Shown: positions 50,102 to 59,540 of the stretch, piece by piece
Position numbering within the stretch: position 1 is the stretch's first letter
Layout of the letters: each line of letters starts with the position of its first letter
Assembly: GCA_043585115.1 (NCBI GenBank)
Contig: CP121326.1
Span: 370,618 to 434,617, forward strand
Direction: 5' to 3'
Length of the DNA stretch: 64,000 bases
Source: Marivita sp.
Lineage (GTDB): Bacteria; Pseudomonadota; Alphaproteobacteria; Rhodobacterales; Rhodobacteraceae
Made by a program: the position numbers and the translations under genes
Notes under the pieces: model-generated
Databases searched by the model: none
What the model was told of the DNA's origin: nothing
What the model saw: only the letters and a program-made list of their open reading frames with translations

Positions 50102-50350
50102 ATGACACGTATTCTTGCCCTCGCGCTTGCACTTGCCCTGCCCGCTTCAGCCTTTGCGTCCAGCGACGATGCATTGAGCACAGAACGCCTGACCGAAATC
50201 CGCACCAAGCTTACGGCCGAAGGCTACGAGGTGCGCAAGATCGAAATGGAGGACGGAATGATCGAAGCATATGTCCTCAAAAACGGAGAGCGTCTTGAGC
50301 TTTATCTTGATGCCGCGCTGAACGTGGTCCGCACCAAAGCCGACGATTGA
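50102..50350 (+). CDS. PepSY domain secreted protein
   Basis: Signal peptide (..ASAFA), KLTAEGYEVRKIEMEDGMIEAY...LELYLD; AGGAG RBS. Confidence 0.85.
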   Translation: MTRILALALALALPASAFASSDDALSTERLTEIRTKLTAEGYEVRKIEMEDGMIEAYVLKNGERLELYLDAALNVVRTKADD

Positions 50351-50406
50351 TCGCTTGATGGTCCGCATGACCCATGCGGACCGGCACTCATTCCTCGGAG
50401 CATGAC

Positions 50407-50946
50407 ATGACAAAATATACCATCTGGGATCCGTTTGTCCGGCTTTTCCACTGGTCACTTGTGGCCGGATTTGCCGCCAACGCATTGTTCACCGACGATG
50501 AAAGCAAACTGCATGAAAACATCGGCTACATCCTTTTGGCCCTGATCGCCGCGCGGCTGGTCTGGGGCATGATTGGCCCGCATTATGCTAAATTTGCATC
50601 GTTCTGGCCAACCTCTGAAACCGTCACGGCCCAGGTGTCTGATATGGCGACGGGCCGTAAACGCTTGCATCTTGGTCATACACCTTTGGGTGCGCTGATG
50701 ATCTTTAACCTGCTTGTGGCGGTGGCGCTGATTGGATTGACCGGTTGGATGATGACGACGAACGCGTATTGGGGTGTGGATTGGGTTGAAGAAACCCACG
50801 AGGCCTTGGTAACTTGGGCCGAGATTTCGATTGTGCTGCACATTATTGCGGTGATCTGGGAAAGCCGCCGCACCGGCGTCAACCTGCCCCGCGCCATGAT
50901 AACCGGTGTCAAGAACGTGCCGGACGGAGCCAGAACAGACCCGTGA
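50407..50946 (+). CDS. Cytochrome b (Ni/Fe-hydrogenase b-type / b561-like)
   Basis: WDPFVRLFHW, LHENIGY, LGHTPLG, EETHE, VLHI...NLPRAMITG. Confidence 0.88.
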   Translation: MTKYTIWDPFVRLFHWSLVAGFAANALFTDDESKLHENIGYILLALIAARLVWGMIGPHYAKFASFWPTSETVTAQVSDMATGRKRLHLGHTPLGALMIFNLLVAVALIGLTGWMMTTNAYWGVDWVEETHEALVTWAEISIVLHIIAVIWESRRTGVNLPRAMITGVKNVPDGARTDP

Positions 50947-51461
50947 CCCTTCATTCCTCCACAAAACCGCTGTCTTTGCTGGTGCTGATCGTTGCGCAAG
51001 TTCTTTGCGCAGCGTTCTTCCTTTGGGATGTGGCGGCAGATGGGTTCGACATGGGGTTTGGTGCCTTCGTCTCGAGCCATTTTGTAATCGAGCTTTTGGC
51101 TGTGCTGGCTCTGATTGCGGGTGTCGTTTTCGAAACGCGATATCTTTTTGCTCTGCTGCGCCGCAAAGCGCACCTTGAAGAGCAACTCGGATTGGCCGCT
51201 GGCGCATTTCACGACATCGTTGACGCGAGGTTCGAGACATGGGCGCTGACGCCATCCGAGCGCGATGTGGCACTCTTCACGCTCAAGGGCTTTGGCATTG
51301 CAGAAATCGCAGAGCTGCGTGGATCGGCTGAAGGCACCGTCAAAGCACATCTGAACGCAATCTATCGCAAGGCCGGAGCCACCGGTCGCGGGTCTTTTAT
51401 CGGACTGTTCATCGAAGACCTGATGTCGATCCCGCAAACGACGACCGACCAGGCTGCGTGA
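50943..51461 (+). CDS. Membrane-anchored LuxR-family HTH regulator
   Basis: Two N-terminal TM segments; LTPSERDVALFTLKGFGIAEIAELRGSAEGTVKAHLNAIYRK; GTGA overlap with cytochrome b. Confidence 0.85.
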   Translation: MTLHSSTKPLSLLVLIVAQVLCAAFFLWDVAADGFDMGFGAFVSSHFVIELLAVLALIAGVVFETRYLFALLRRKAHLEEQLGLAAGAFHDIVDARFETWALTPSERDVALFTLKGFGIAEIAELRGSAEGTVKAHLNAIYRKAGATGRGSFIGLFIEDLMSIPQTTTDQAA

Positions 51462-51515
51462 CAACCGCAAACCGCTCTGGCATGGTGCGCGCAAGTGCAA
51501 AGGGACGTGTGTGCA

Positions 51516-51659
51516 ATGACCAATTCACTCGCAATCGGATTGGGCCTGTTGATCCTGGGCGGGATCGGCATTGACGCATTTCTCACCGGGGGTGACGGGG
51601 TATTATTTCTCGCTGGTAAAGGCGTGGACCTGATCGATTGGCTTGCGTTCTGGCGGTAA
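51516..51659 (+). CDS. Small membrane protein (47 aa)
   Basis: MTNSLAIGLGLLILGGIGIDAFLTGGDGVLFLAGKGVDLIDWLAFWR. Confidence 0.65.
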   Translation: MTNSLAIGLGLLILGGIGIDAFLTGGDGVLFLAGKGVDLIDWLAFWR

Positions 51660-51674
51660 TGCCACAGCGGCGAC

Positions 51675-52313
51675 CTAACGGAGGTCGCGAAGGGATTTGG
51701 GCTGCAGACTGGCTTGGGTCGCAGAAAACGGCAATCTCATGTTGCCATCGCCTTTTTGAACCACGATCTGATGGTAGTAATTCCAGTTGTGCATGTTGGC
51801 TTCGGTCAACGGTTTGAAATAGACCGCGCCGTCACCGTAGGTCAGATCATACAAGCTTTTCCAATTGTTCATGTAATATCGTGCACGTTCGTAATCTAGA
51901 ACACGGGCGCCATCGCCTGCTTTGATCAACGTGTTGATGTGCCGTGCAAAGGGTTCAAACCGCGCCGCCTCGGACGTGATGAAAATCAGCGATACAAACG
52001 CTTTCTTTTCAGTCTCGTTCCGCTGTGCGCCGGACATGCCCAATGCAGCGTGGATATGTGTCAGGTTGAACGGGTGCGGCATCGGTTTGTTTGCGTAACT
52101 TTCTTCCGTTGCAGACAACCTGTGGCCGTTGATGGTCTTTACGTAATAGGGCGACGATGTTTCGATCCCGACCGTCACGGATCTGGGTTTGTTGTTCAGT
52201 GTTCCGGAAAGCGTAACCTCCAACAGTGCTGGAGACCGTTGTGAAAACGCTTTGCGCAAGGCCTCGATCATCTCGAGGTATTGCCCGCCAAGAATATCAA
52301 AACTCAGAGCCAT
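51675..52313 (-). CDS. Ribosome-inactivating protein (rRNA N-glycosylase) family-like protein
   Basis: SFDI...QYLEMIEALR, PYYVK, ESYAN, ITSEAARF, MNNWKSL motifs in RIP order. Confidence 0.7.
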   Translation of the reverse strand: MALSFDILGGQYLEMIEALRKAFSQRSPALLEVTLSGTLNNKPRSVTVGIETSSPYYVKTINGHRLSATEESYANKPMPHPFNLTHIHAALGMSGAQRNETEKKAFVSLIFITSEAARFEPFARHINTLIKAGDGARVLDYERARYYMNNWKSLYDLTYGDGAVYFKPLTEANMHNWNYYHQIVVQKGDGNMRLPFSATQASLQPKSLRDLR

Positions 52314-52600
52314 AACCGATCCAATACTGATGTGCGGCACAGGTCAGATGGGTCCGGAAATCGAAATCGGGGAACTGAACCGCTACAAGAACGTCTTTTT
52401 AATAATGACCCATGCTACACTCGGCCAAGCACACCTGTCAAAAAAGAAGCCCGGCATTCTGGCGATCACGCGCCGCGAGTCCGGTATTTCCGGCTGACGG
52501 TTCAGGCAGGGCCATCGCTTGACAGGCAGGCTTCGTTCTGCTTGTTAGCGGTAACAGCATCGGGCAGTCGTTTCTGTCAGAACAAGTAAGGATCTCAGTC

Positions 52601-53602
52601 ATGACCACCAAAGTCGCCATCAACGGATTTGGACGTATCGGCCGCAACATTCTGCGTGCGATCATCGAATCCGGTCGTACAGACATCGAAGTCATCGCGA
52701 TCAATGATCTTGGTCCCGTGGAAACCAACGCGCACCTGCTGCAATATGACAGTGTCCATGGTCGTTTTCCGGTCGACGTCAAAACCTCCGAAGACACAAT
52801 CGACGTGGGTCGTGGCCCGATCAAAGTGACAGCCATGCGCAATCCGGCCGACTTGCCTTGGTCTGATGTGGATGTGGTTCTGGAATGCACAGGCATCTTC
52901 ACCAGCAAAGACGCGTGTCAGGCACATCTTGAGAACGGCGCGAGCCGCGTTCTTATCTCTGCTCCTGGCAAAGATGCAGACAAGACCATCGTTTACGGGG
53001 TGAACCACGACAGCCTGACTGCCGACGACCTGATCGTGTCGAACGCGTCCTGCACCACCAACTGCCTGTCGCCGGTTGCGTATGTCCTGAACAACGCCAT
53101 CGGGATCGAGCGCGGCTTTATGACCACGATCCACAGCTACACGGGCGACCAGCCAACGCTGGATACGATGCACAAAGACCTCTATCGCGCCAGGGCTGCT
53201 GCCTTGAGCATGATCCCGACCTCCACCGGTGCGGCCAAGGCGGTCGGTTTGGTTCTGCCAGAACTCAACGGCAAGCTGGACGGTGTGGCGATACGTGTGC
53301 CAACGCCGAACGTGTCGGTTGTCGATCTGACATTCACCGCGTCGCGTGACACCACAGTTGACGAAATCAATGATGCCATCCGCGCAGCCGCTGACGGCCC
53401 GCTAAAGGGTATTCTTGGTTATACAGACAAGCAGCTGGTTTCGACCGATTTCAACCACGACCCGCATTCTTCGATCTTCCACACCGACCAGACCAAGGTG
53501 ATGGATGGCAACATGGTCCGTATCCTGAGCTGGTACGACAATGAATGGGGTTTCTCGAACCGGATGGCGGACACCGCCGTCGCAATGGGCAAGCTGATCT
53601 AA
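52601..53602 (+). CDS. gap: Type I glyceraldehyde-3-phosphate dehydrogenase (paralog 2)
   Basis: [34 protein letters not shown]. Confidence 0.96.
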   Translation: MTTKVAINGFGRIGRNILRAIIESGRTDIEVIAINDLGPVETNAHLLQYDSVHGRFPVDVKTSEDTIDVGRGPIKVTAMRNPADLPWSDVDVVLECTGIFTSKDACQAHLENGASRVLISAPGKDADKTIVYGVNHDSLTADDLIVSNASCTTNCLSPVAYVLNNAIGIERGFMTTIHSYTGDQPTLDTMHKDLYRARAAALSMIPTSTGAAKAVGLVLPELNGKLDGVAIRVPTPNVSVVDLTFTASRDTTVDEINDAIRAAADGPLKGILGYTDKQLVSTDFNHDPHSSIFHTDQTKVMDGNMVRILSWYDNEWGFSNRMADTAVAMGKLI

Positions 53603-53608
53603 ACTGAT

Positions 53609-53637
53609 TTCGGCGCACTGCTCGCCAGTGCGCCGAA
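53609..53637 (+). terminator. Hairpin/terminator after gap
   Basis: TTCGGCGCACTG-loop-CAGTGCGCCGAA. Confidence 0.65.
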
Positions 53638-53757
53638 CTTCCTTATCCGGCAAAACACTGCCGATAGCGTCAATTTGTACGCCCTCCCCGGAACCCTAAG
53701 CCCGTCTGCCGAATTACCTTTTCAAGAACCGGAACTGTTCCGGTCGGAAAAGGAGAT

Positions 53758-54228
53758 TTGATGACAGATAGCGCGCTCAACCCCGGAAAACCGCATCTTG
53801 ACCCGATGTTCGAGACCGGACCAACCACGCCAAATGATCACCTGCGCGACCTGTACACGCGGATCGTCGATGCGAAAGCCGGGTTCGATGTGATGGTCGA
53901 CAAGTCCGAACCCGAGTTTCGGGACTTCGCCACATCCTTCCGCGACATGCACGGGCGTCATGCAGAAACGCTTGCAAAGCTGTTGCACGGTCATGTCGAT
54001 GGGGACGGATCACTCATGGGCACTGTGAACAAAGCTGTCGTGTCCTTGCGTGCTATGTTTGACGAGATCGACGAAGACGTCATGGATCAAGTCCGCAACG
54101 GCGAAAAATGGGTACTTGAGGCATTTCGCGAGGCAGAAGCCAATTGCGCGGCCCCACACGAAGCGCAGCTTATCGCGATGCGTGCCGAGCTTGAAGATCT
54201 GCTGGACCGAACCTCAGACCTTGATTGA
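53758..54228 (+). CDS. Ferritin-like four-helix protein (DUF2383/PA2169-like)
   Basis: LRDLYTRIVDAKAGF...MHGRHAETL...DGSLMGTVNK...GEKWVLEAF. Confidence 0.75.
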   Translation: MMTDSALNPGKPHLDPMFETGPTTPNDHLRDLYTRIVDAKAGFDVMVDKSEPEFRDFATSFRDMHGRHAETLAKLLHGHVDGDGSLMGTVNKAVVSLRAMFDEIDEDVMDQVRNGEKWVLEAFREAEANCAAPHEAQLIAMRAELEDLLDRTSDLD

Positions 54229-54373
54229 TCCTTCCCGGACCCTTGCATCAAACGCAAGGCGGGCTTTCCTTAACATGCATTGTTCTGCAGTGCAGCATGC
54301 CTAGGTTCCTAACTGTAGCCGGTAGCGCAAACAGCCGCTGGCACAGGACCATAGAGCAAGGAAAGGACTGACC

Positions 54374-54538
54374 ATGGCCCATTTTATGTCTTCCCTGCGG
54401 AACCGTCTTCAAAAGCGGGCCGCTTACCACCGCACGGTGCAAGAAATTCGGTCGATGCCGCTGGATGTGGCGCTTGACCTGAACATCTATCAAGGCGACG
54501 CGGAACGCATCGCGCACGAAGCGATCTACGGCAAATAA
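54374..54538 (+). CDS. Small DUF1127/YjiS-like protein (54 aa)
   Basis: MAHFMSSLRNRLQKRAAYHRTVQEIRSMPLDVALDLNIYQGDAERIAHEAIYGK; AAAGGA RBS. Confidence 0.7.
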   Translation: MAHFMSSLRNRLQKRAAYHRTVQEIRSMPLDVALDLNIYQGDAERIAHEAIYGK

Positions 54539-54617
54539 GCCGCAAGCCCCCATACGCATCAGAAAACCTGCATCACATCATTCGGTAGGGATTGATGCAG
54601 GCAATTCCGATGTTGTC

Positions 54618-55343
54618 CTAGACAATCTGCGTGCCATGCATGTTACCCAGCGCACATGCAGCCACCGACGGAATCACCGTGGTCATGAGATGACAGGTGA
54701 GCGGATCTCCACCGCCGTTGGACGGCGGGATGGTATGAATGCGTCCGGCCGAGTTGCCAATCTGGCTGACAACGTCTCCTACGATGTTCACGTTCGCGAT
54801 TTTCGCACTTGTGCTGCCCGGAGCCGGTGCGTCGTTTCGTAACGTTGCTGCGTGAAGCAAAGCAACAACAAGCCCAAGCCTAACGGCCAAGCCCTGTTCA
54901 TACATCCCTGCTGTCAAACCAGGCCCATTAAAGGACACCCCGGCAAGAGGTGTATATCCACTATGAGCTTGCGGCAGATTATGCGTCACATATTTGGTCA
55001 AGCCACCACCCAACGAGTGGCCACACACATAGGTTCTGTTGGCCGCCAGTCCCAAATTCACGATCGACGCTTTAGCGAATGCCAAGGCTTCAGAGAACTG
55101 CGTTGCCAAGATCGTGTGGCATCCGGCGTTGTGAATCCAGTCCACCGCCGAGGTTCTGTCCGTTCCGCGAAAGGTGATCGCATTATATCCATTCACCTCA
55201 TACACAGCACCTGAAAAGCCCGTTCTGCTGGGCGGTTTTGCAGTGTCAAGGCGCGTAATACCTGCAGGCAGACCTGATGTTTGTGGTGTGTGACTGGTGT
55301 AAACAAGATCGGCCATCGTGGCCAATTGAGAAACAGTTATCAT
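54618..55343 (-). CDS. Lipase class 3-like alpha/beta hydrolase
   Basis: TGFSGAVY, ITFRGTD, DW, GHSLGGGL, SFNGPG, GDVVS, CHLM. Confidence 0.8.
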   Translation of the reverse strand: MITVSQLATMADLVYTSHTPQTSGLPAGITRLDTAKPPSRTGFSGAVYEVNGYNAITFRGTDRTSAVDWIHNAGCHTILATQFSEALAFAKASIVNLGLAANRTYVCGHSLGGGLTKYVTHNLPQAHSGYTPLAGVSFNGPGLTAGMYEQGLAVRLGLVVALLHAATLRNDAPAPGSTSAKIANVNIVGDVVSQIGNSAGRIHTIPPSNGGGDPLTCHLMTTVIPSVAACALGNMHGTQIV

Positions 55344-55399
55344 AAAAAATCTCCGGTTAATGCGGAAATAATGACCAGATGACCGTCTTGAGGCAATAT

Positions 55400-55897
55400 C
55401 TATTTGGTGCTGAACTTGTCCATCAAAGCCTTGCGCACGGGCGCTGTGACGAACTTGGACACATCTCCGTCCAAGCGGGCAATCTCTTTGACCAACTTTG
55501 ACGCGATGGCCTGATGGCGCGCTTCGGCCATCAGAAAGACCGTTTCGATGCTGTCATCCAGGGCGCGGTTCATGCCGACCATCTGGAATTCATACTCGAA
55601 ATCAGCCACGGCGCGCAGGCCACGCACAATGATTGATGCATCGACATCGCGGGCGCAGTCGATCAGCAGGTTTTCAAACGGGTGGACAACAATTTCGATG
55701 CCCGTCTGTTCGGACAAGGACACACATTCCGCCTCGATCATCGCGACACGTTCATCCAGATCAAACAACGGGCCTTTGTCGCGATTGATGGCAACGCCAA
55801 TAACAAGCCTGTCGACCAGCGCCGCCGCCCGGCGGATGATGTCGATATGGCCCATGGTGATCGGGTCAAAAGTCCCGGGGTAAAGACCGATGCGCAT
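55400..55897 (-). CDS. coaD: Phosphopantetheine adenylyltransferase
   Basis: YPGTFDPITMGHIDII, RGLRAVADFEYE. Confidence 0.97.
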   Translation of the reverse strand: MRIGLYPGTFDPITMGHIDIIRRAAALVDRLVIGVAINRDKGPLFDLDERVAMIEAECVSLSEQTGIEIVVHPFENLLIDCARDVDASIIVRGLRAVADFEYEFQMVGMNRALDDSIETVFLMAEARHQAIASKLVKEIARLDGDVSKFVTAPVRKALMDKFSTK

Positions 55898-55979
55898 GGG
55901 CAGTCTCCGGTATGTCGTCAGCGTTGCCCCTGTCTCGCATCAAAAGCGTAGGGAGTTCAAGTAGATGAACATATCGGGG

Positions 55980-56414
55980 TCAATGCCCCATGATCATTCC
56001 TTCCAGCGCATTGCGCTCCATCGCCAATTCGGTCAGCCGGGCTTTGACCACGTCACCAATGGTGATCAATCCGACCAGTTTATTGTCTTCGACCACAGGC
56101 ATGTGGCGAAAGCGCCCTTCGGTCATTTGGGACAGAACGTGATCGGCATCATCGTTACGGCTGCATGTGATGAGTTTGGACGTCATATACCCGTCAACCG
56201 AATCCGACAGGCAGGACGCACCGCGATTGGCCAGTTCACGCACGATGTCGCGTTCCGACAGAATGCCCAACGCAGTTTCATCATCATTCGAAACAACCAC
56301 GGTCCCGATCCGCTTTTCGGTCAGGATCTTGGCAACATCCGCAATACTGGTGCCGGATTTCACGGTGACGACGGCGTCCGTAGCTTTGCTTTTGAGAATA
56401 TGATGAACTTGCAT
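55980..56414 (-). CDS. CBS domain pair protein
   Basis: GILSERDIVR, RFRHMPVV...GLITIGDVVK. Confidence 0.92.
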   Translation of the reverse strand: MQVHHILKSKATDAVVTVKSGTSIADVAKILTEKRIGTVVVSNDDETALGILSERDIVRELANRGASCLSDSVDGYMTSKLITCSRNDDADHVLSQMTEGRFRHMPVVEDNKLVGLITIGDVVKARLTELAMERNALEGMIMGH

Positions 56415-56468
56415 GGTCTCTCCTCCGGTCCCTGTGCACCTCCAGCGTCTTCACAGACTTGTGTTCTG

Positions 56469-57371
56469 TCAAGTACCTGAAAGCAGTGCTTCCAATCGCA
56501 CCACCTCATTGCGGACGCCCTGCGCCAAGGCTTTGGCAAAGCGGGTGATCCGGTCAAGGCGACGATCTTCGGCGTGACGAACAAGGTAGAAACTGCGGGT
56601 AAAGGACAGCGCGTCGGTTAGAACCCGCGTCACACCGGGTGCAAACGGAAGCGCAAAATCATGCGCGATCCCGATGCCGCCATGCTGGCGCAAAAGCTGG
56701 ATCTGAACCGAGGCGGAGTTAGATGCCAACGCAACCCGCTCGAGCGCCAGATCGCTGAGATAGTCCAGTTCCTTGTCAAAAATCATGTCCGGGATGTACC
56801 CGACAATCCGATGATCCTGCAGGTCGTCAACTGATGTAACAGGAGGATGCGCGGCCAGATAGGAGCTGCTTGCGGCAAGATGCAGTTTGTAATCGGTGAT
56901 CCGCTGGTAAGACAGACGCGACGCGGTGGGCGGGCTGACCGTGATTGCCATATCTGCCTCGCGTCGGGACAGATTGACCACACGCGGCAGCGCGACGATC
57001 TGCAGGTCAAGGTCAGGATTGGCCTTCGACAGATCGGCAAAGACCCGCGGCAAGACAAAATTTGCACAGCCATCCGGCGCGCCGATACGGATCTGTCCGG
57101 TCAACGTTCCCGCATCTCCGGTCAGAACAGACCTTGCCCCCTGCATCGCCTGCTCGGCGCGTTCCGCATGGTCGATCAGCCGCGTTCCGGCCTCTGTCAA
57201 CGTGTACCCCTGGGGGCTTTTGACAAAAAGCGCCTGTCCGATGGCATCCTCAAGCCGCGCCACACGACGGCCAACCGTCGCGGGGTCCATGCGCAGCATC
57301 CTGCCAGCGCCGGACAGGGTTTCGCTGCGCGCGACGGACAGGAAAATTCGCAGGTCATCCCAACTTTGCAC
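56469..57371 (-). CDS. LysR-family transcriptional regulator
   Basis: WDDLRIFLSVARSETLSGAGR...TVGRRVARLE; divergent from mmsA; GTG start. Confidence 0.92.
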   Translation of the reverse strand: MQSWDDLRIFLSVARSETLSGAGRMLRMDPATVGRRVARLEDAIGQALFVKSPQGYTLTEAGTRLIDHAERAEQAMQGARSVLTGDAGTLTGQIRIGAPDGCANFVLPRVFADLSKANPDLDLQIVALPRVVNLSRREADMAITVSPPTASRLSYQRITDYKLHLAASSSYLAAHPPVTSVDDLQDHRIVGYIPDMIFDKELDYLSDLALERVALASNSASVQIQLLRQHGGIGIAHDFALPFAPGVTRVLTDALSFTRSFYLVRHAEDRRLDRITRFAKALAQGVRNEVVRLEALLSGT

Positions 57372-57380
57372 ATCGAAACC

Positions 57381-57438
57381 TTTGCATTTTTGCAAAACCT
57401 ATTTGGAATATTGCCCCTTTGATTGGCATTTTTGCAAG
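57381..57438. promoter_or_regulatory. Putative LysR operator sites
   Basis: Palindrome TTTGCA-TTTT-TGCAAA (57381-57396) and a related TGGCATTTTTGCAA near 57424, between the LysR gene and mmsA. Confidence 0.55.
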
Positions 57439-57468
57439 GGTATGATGCGCGCGAAAGGGAGATTGATC

Positions 57469-58968
57469 ATGAAAGAGCTTACGCATTTCATAAACGGCGC
57501 GCAGGTTAAAGGCACGTCTGGGGATTTTGGCGACGTCTACAACCCCGCAACCGGTGAGGTTCAGGCAAAGCTGCCGCTGGCCAACCCCGCCGAAGTTTCG
57601 AAGGCGGTCGAAGATGCCGCCGAGGCACAGATAGCATGGGGCGCCACAAACCCGCAGAAGCGCGCGCGTGTGATGATGAAGATGGTCGCGCTGATGAACC
57701 GCGACATGGATGTTCTGGCCGAGGCTCTGAGCCGCGAGCACGGCAAGACCATTCCAGACGCCAAAGGTGATCTGCAACGTGGTCTTGAGGTTGTGGAGTA
57801 CTGCATCGGTGCGCCGCAGATGCTCAAAGGTGAGTACACAGACGATGCCGGCCCCGGTATTGATATGTATTCCATGCGTCAGCCGCTGGGTGTGGTTGCG
57901 TCGATCATGCCGTTCAACTTTCCAGCGATGATGCCGCTGTGGCACGTCGGCCCTGCCCTCGCCTGTGGCAACGCAGTTGTCCTGAAACCATCCGAACGTG
58001 ATCCGTCCGTGCCGCTGATGCTGGCGGAACTGTTTGTAGAAGCCGGTCTGCCTAAAGGTGTGTTCCAAGTTGTGAACGGCACGAAAGAAGCCGTGGATAC
58101 CTTGCTCGATCATGAGATCATTCAGGGTGTTTCTTTTGTGGGCTCCACCCCCATCGCGCAATACATCTACAGCCGCGCCACTGCGAACGGCAAACGTGCG
58201 CAATGTTTTGGCGGCGCCAAGAACCACCTGATCGTGATGCCGGATGCTGATATCGACCAAGCTGCTGACGCGTTGATCGGTGCGGGTTTTGGCGCGGCGG
58301 GCGAACGCTGTATGGCTGTATCAGTCGCCGTTCCGGTTGGCGAAGAGACCGCAGATCGCCTGATCAGCGCGCTGGTGCCCCGTATCGAAAAACTGCGCGT
58401 TGCGCCCTACACAGATGGTGATGACGTGGATTTCGGCCCCGTTGTGACCCGTGAAGCCAAAGAGCGGATCCTTGGGCTCATCCAGTCGGGTGTCGATCAA
58501 GGCGCAGAACTGGTCGTCGACAACCGTGACTTCAAACTTCAAGGCTATGAAGACGGCTTCTTTGTCGGGCCGCACCTGTTCGACAAGGTCACACCGGACA
58601 TGGACATCTACCGTCAAGAGATCTTTGGTCCGGTCCTGAGCACCGTACGTGCCGGATCCTACGAAGAAGCGCTGAAGCTGGCGATGGACCACGAATACGG
58701 CAACGGCACCGCGATCTTTACCCGCGACGGCGACACCGCCCGTGATTTCGCGCACCGGGTGAATATCGGCATGGTGGGCATCAACGTGCCGATCCCTGTG
58801 CCACTGGCCTATCACACCTTCGGCGGCTGGAAAAAATCCATGTTTGGTGATCTGAACCAGCACGGACCAGACAGCTTTAAGTTTTACACCCGCACCAAGA
58901 CGATCACATCGCGCTGGCCGTCGGGTATCAAGGAAGGCGGCGAGTTCAACTTCAAGGCAATGGATTGA
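57469..58968 (+). CDS. mmsA: CoA-acylating methylmalonate-semialdehyde dehydrogenase
   Basis: PFNFPAMMP, LKPSERDP, SFVGSTPIA, GGAKNH, GAAGERCMA, GINVPIPVP. Confidence 0.95.
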   Translation: MKELTHFINGAQVKGTSGDFGDVYNPATGEVQAKLPLANPAEVSKAVEDAAEAQIAWGATNPQKRARVMMKMVALMNRDMDVLAEALSREHGKTIPDAKGDLQRGLEVVEYCIGAPQMLKGEYTDDAGPGIDMYSMRQPLGVVASIMPFNFPAMMPLWHVGPALACGNAVVLKPSERDPSVPLMLAELFVEAGLPKGVFQVVNGTKEAVDTLLDHEIIQGVSFVGSTPIAQYIYSRATANGKRAQCFGGAKNHLIVMPDADIDQAADALIGAGFGAAGERCMAVSVAVPVGEETADRLISALVPRIEKLRVAPYTDGDDVDFGPVVTREAKERILGLIQSGVDQGAELVVDNRDFKLQGYEDGFFVGPHLFDKVTPDMDIYRQEIFGPVLSTVRAGSYEEALKLAMDHEYGNGTAIFTRDGDTARDFAHRVNIGMVGINVPIPVPLAYHTFGGWKKSMFGDLNQHGPDSFKFYTRTKTITSRWPSGIKEGGEFNFKAMD

Positions 58969-58990
58969 TTTCCATTAAAAATAATTGCAC

Positions 58991-59014
58991 AAGGGGCGGA
59001 GCATTCCGCCCCTT
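58991..59014 (+). terminator. Hairpin/terminator after mmsA
   Basis: AAGGGGCGGA-GCAT-TCCGCCCCTT. Confidence 0.65.
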
Positions 59015-59028
59015 ATCGCAAGAATTCA

Positions 59029-59460
59029 GTGCCCATCACCGTCCAAATCATCGCCGAACATAACCTTGTGTACGTGAGGTACACAGGCGCTATGTTGGTC
59101 AGTGAGACGGCACAAGCACTCGGTGAGTTCGGAAAACACCCATTGGCCGGACCCGGTCTGCGCCATCTGGTCGATTTGACCCGATTGACGGACATTGACC
59201 GCGATTACGCGAAATTCATGGAAATTCAGGCCAAGAAGGTCGAAACCATGGCGGGACATGGCATAGAGACTTTCATGGTCTACTATGCAAACACCCCCGT
59301 CGGTCTCCATGCCGCCAATCTCGGGAAAAACGGCTGGACGACGGAAAGTGGCGTTGTGGCCATTGTTCTGGAGGACGAGGAGCACGCCCTGCATGCGCTG
59401 GGGCTGCCCTATGACAGCATCGCGGCCATGCTCGACAAGGTCGACGTACAAAGCGTGTGA
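59029..59460 (+). CDS. Hypothetical protein, tandem paralog A (STAS/SpoIIAA-like pattern)
   Basis: 143 aa; HNLVYVRYTG...PGLRHLVDL; aligns with 59541-59972. Confidence 0.7.
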   Translation: MPITVQIIAEHNLVYVRYTGAMLVSETAQALGEFGKHPLAGPGLRHLVDLTRLTDIDRDYAKFMEIQAKKVETMAGHGIETFMVYYANTPVGLHAANLGKNGWTTESGVVAIVLEDEEHALHALGLPYDSIAAMLDKVDVQSV

Positions 59461-59540
59461 TGCGTGCGGCTGTTGCATTGCATTCGCGGATTTTTTCCGA
59501 AAATGTCGCCGGATTGATCTCCCTTTGTCATTGAGCCTCT

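Noticed and set aside
54539-54617. Cuckoo/CcsR-type sRNA repeats after the DUF1127-like gene
   Set aside because: No CCTCCTCCC loop motifs; only a single hairpin.
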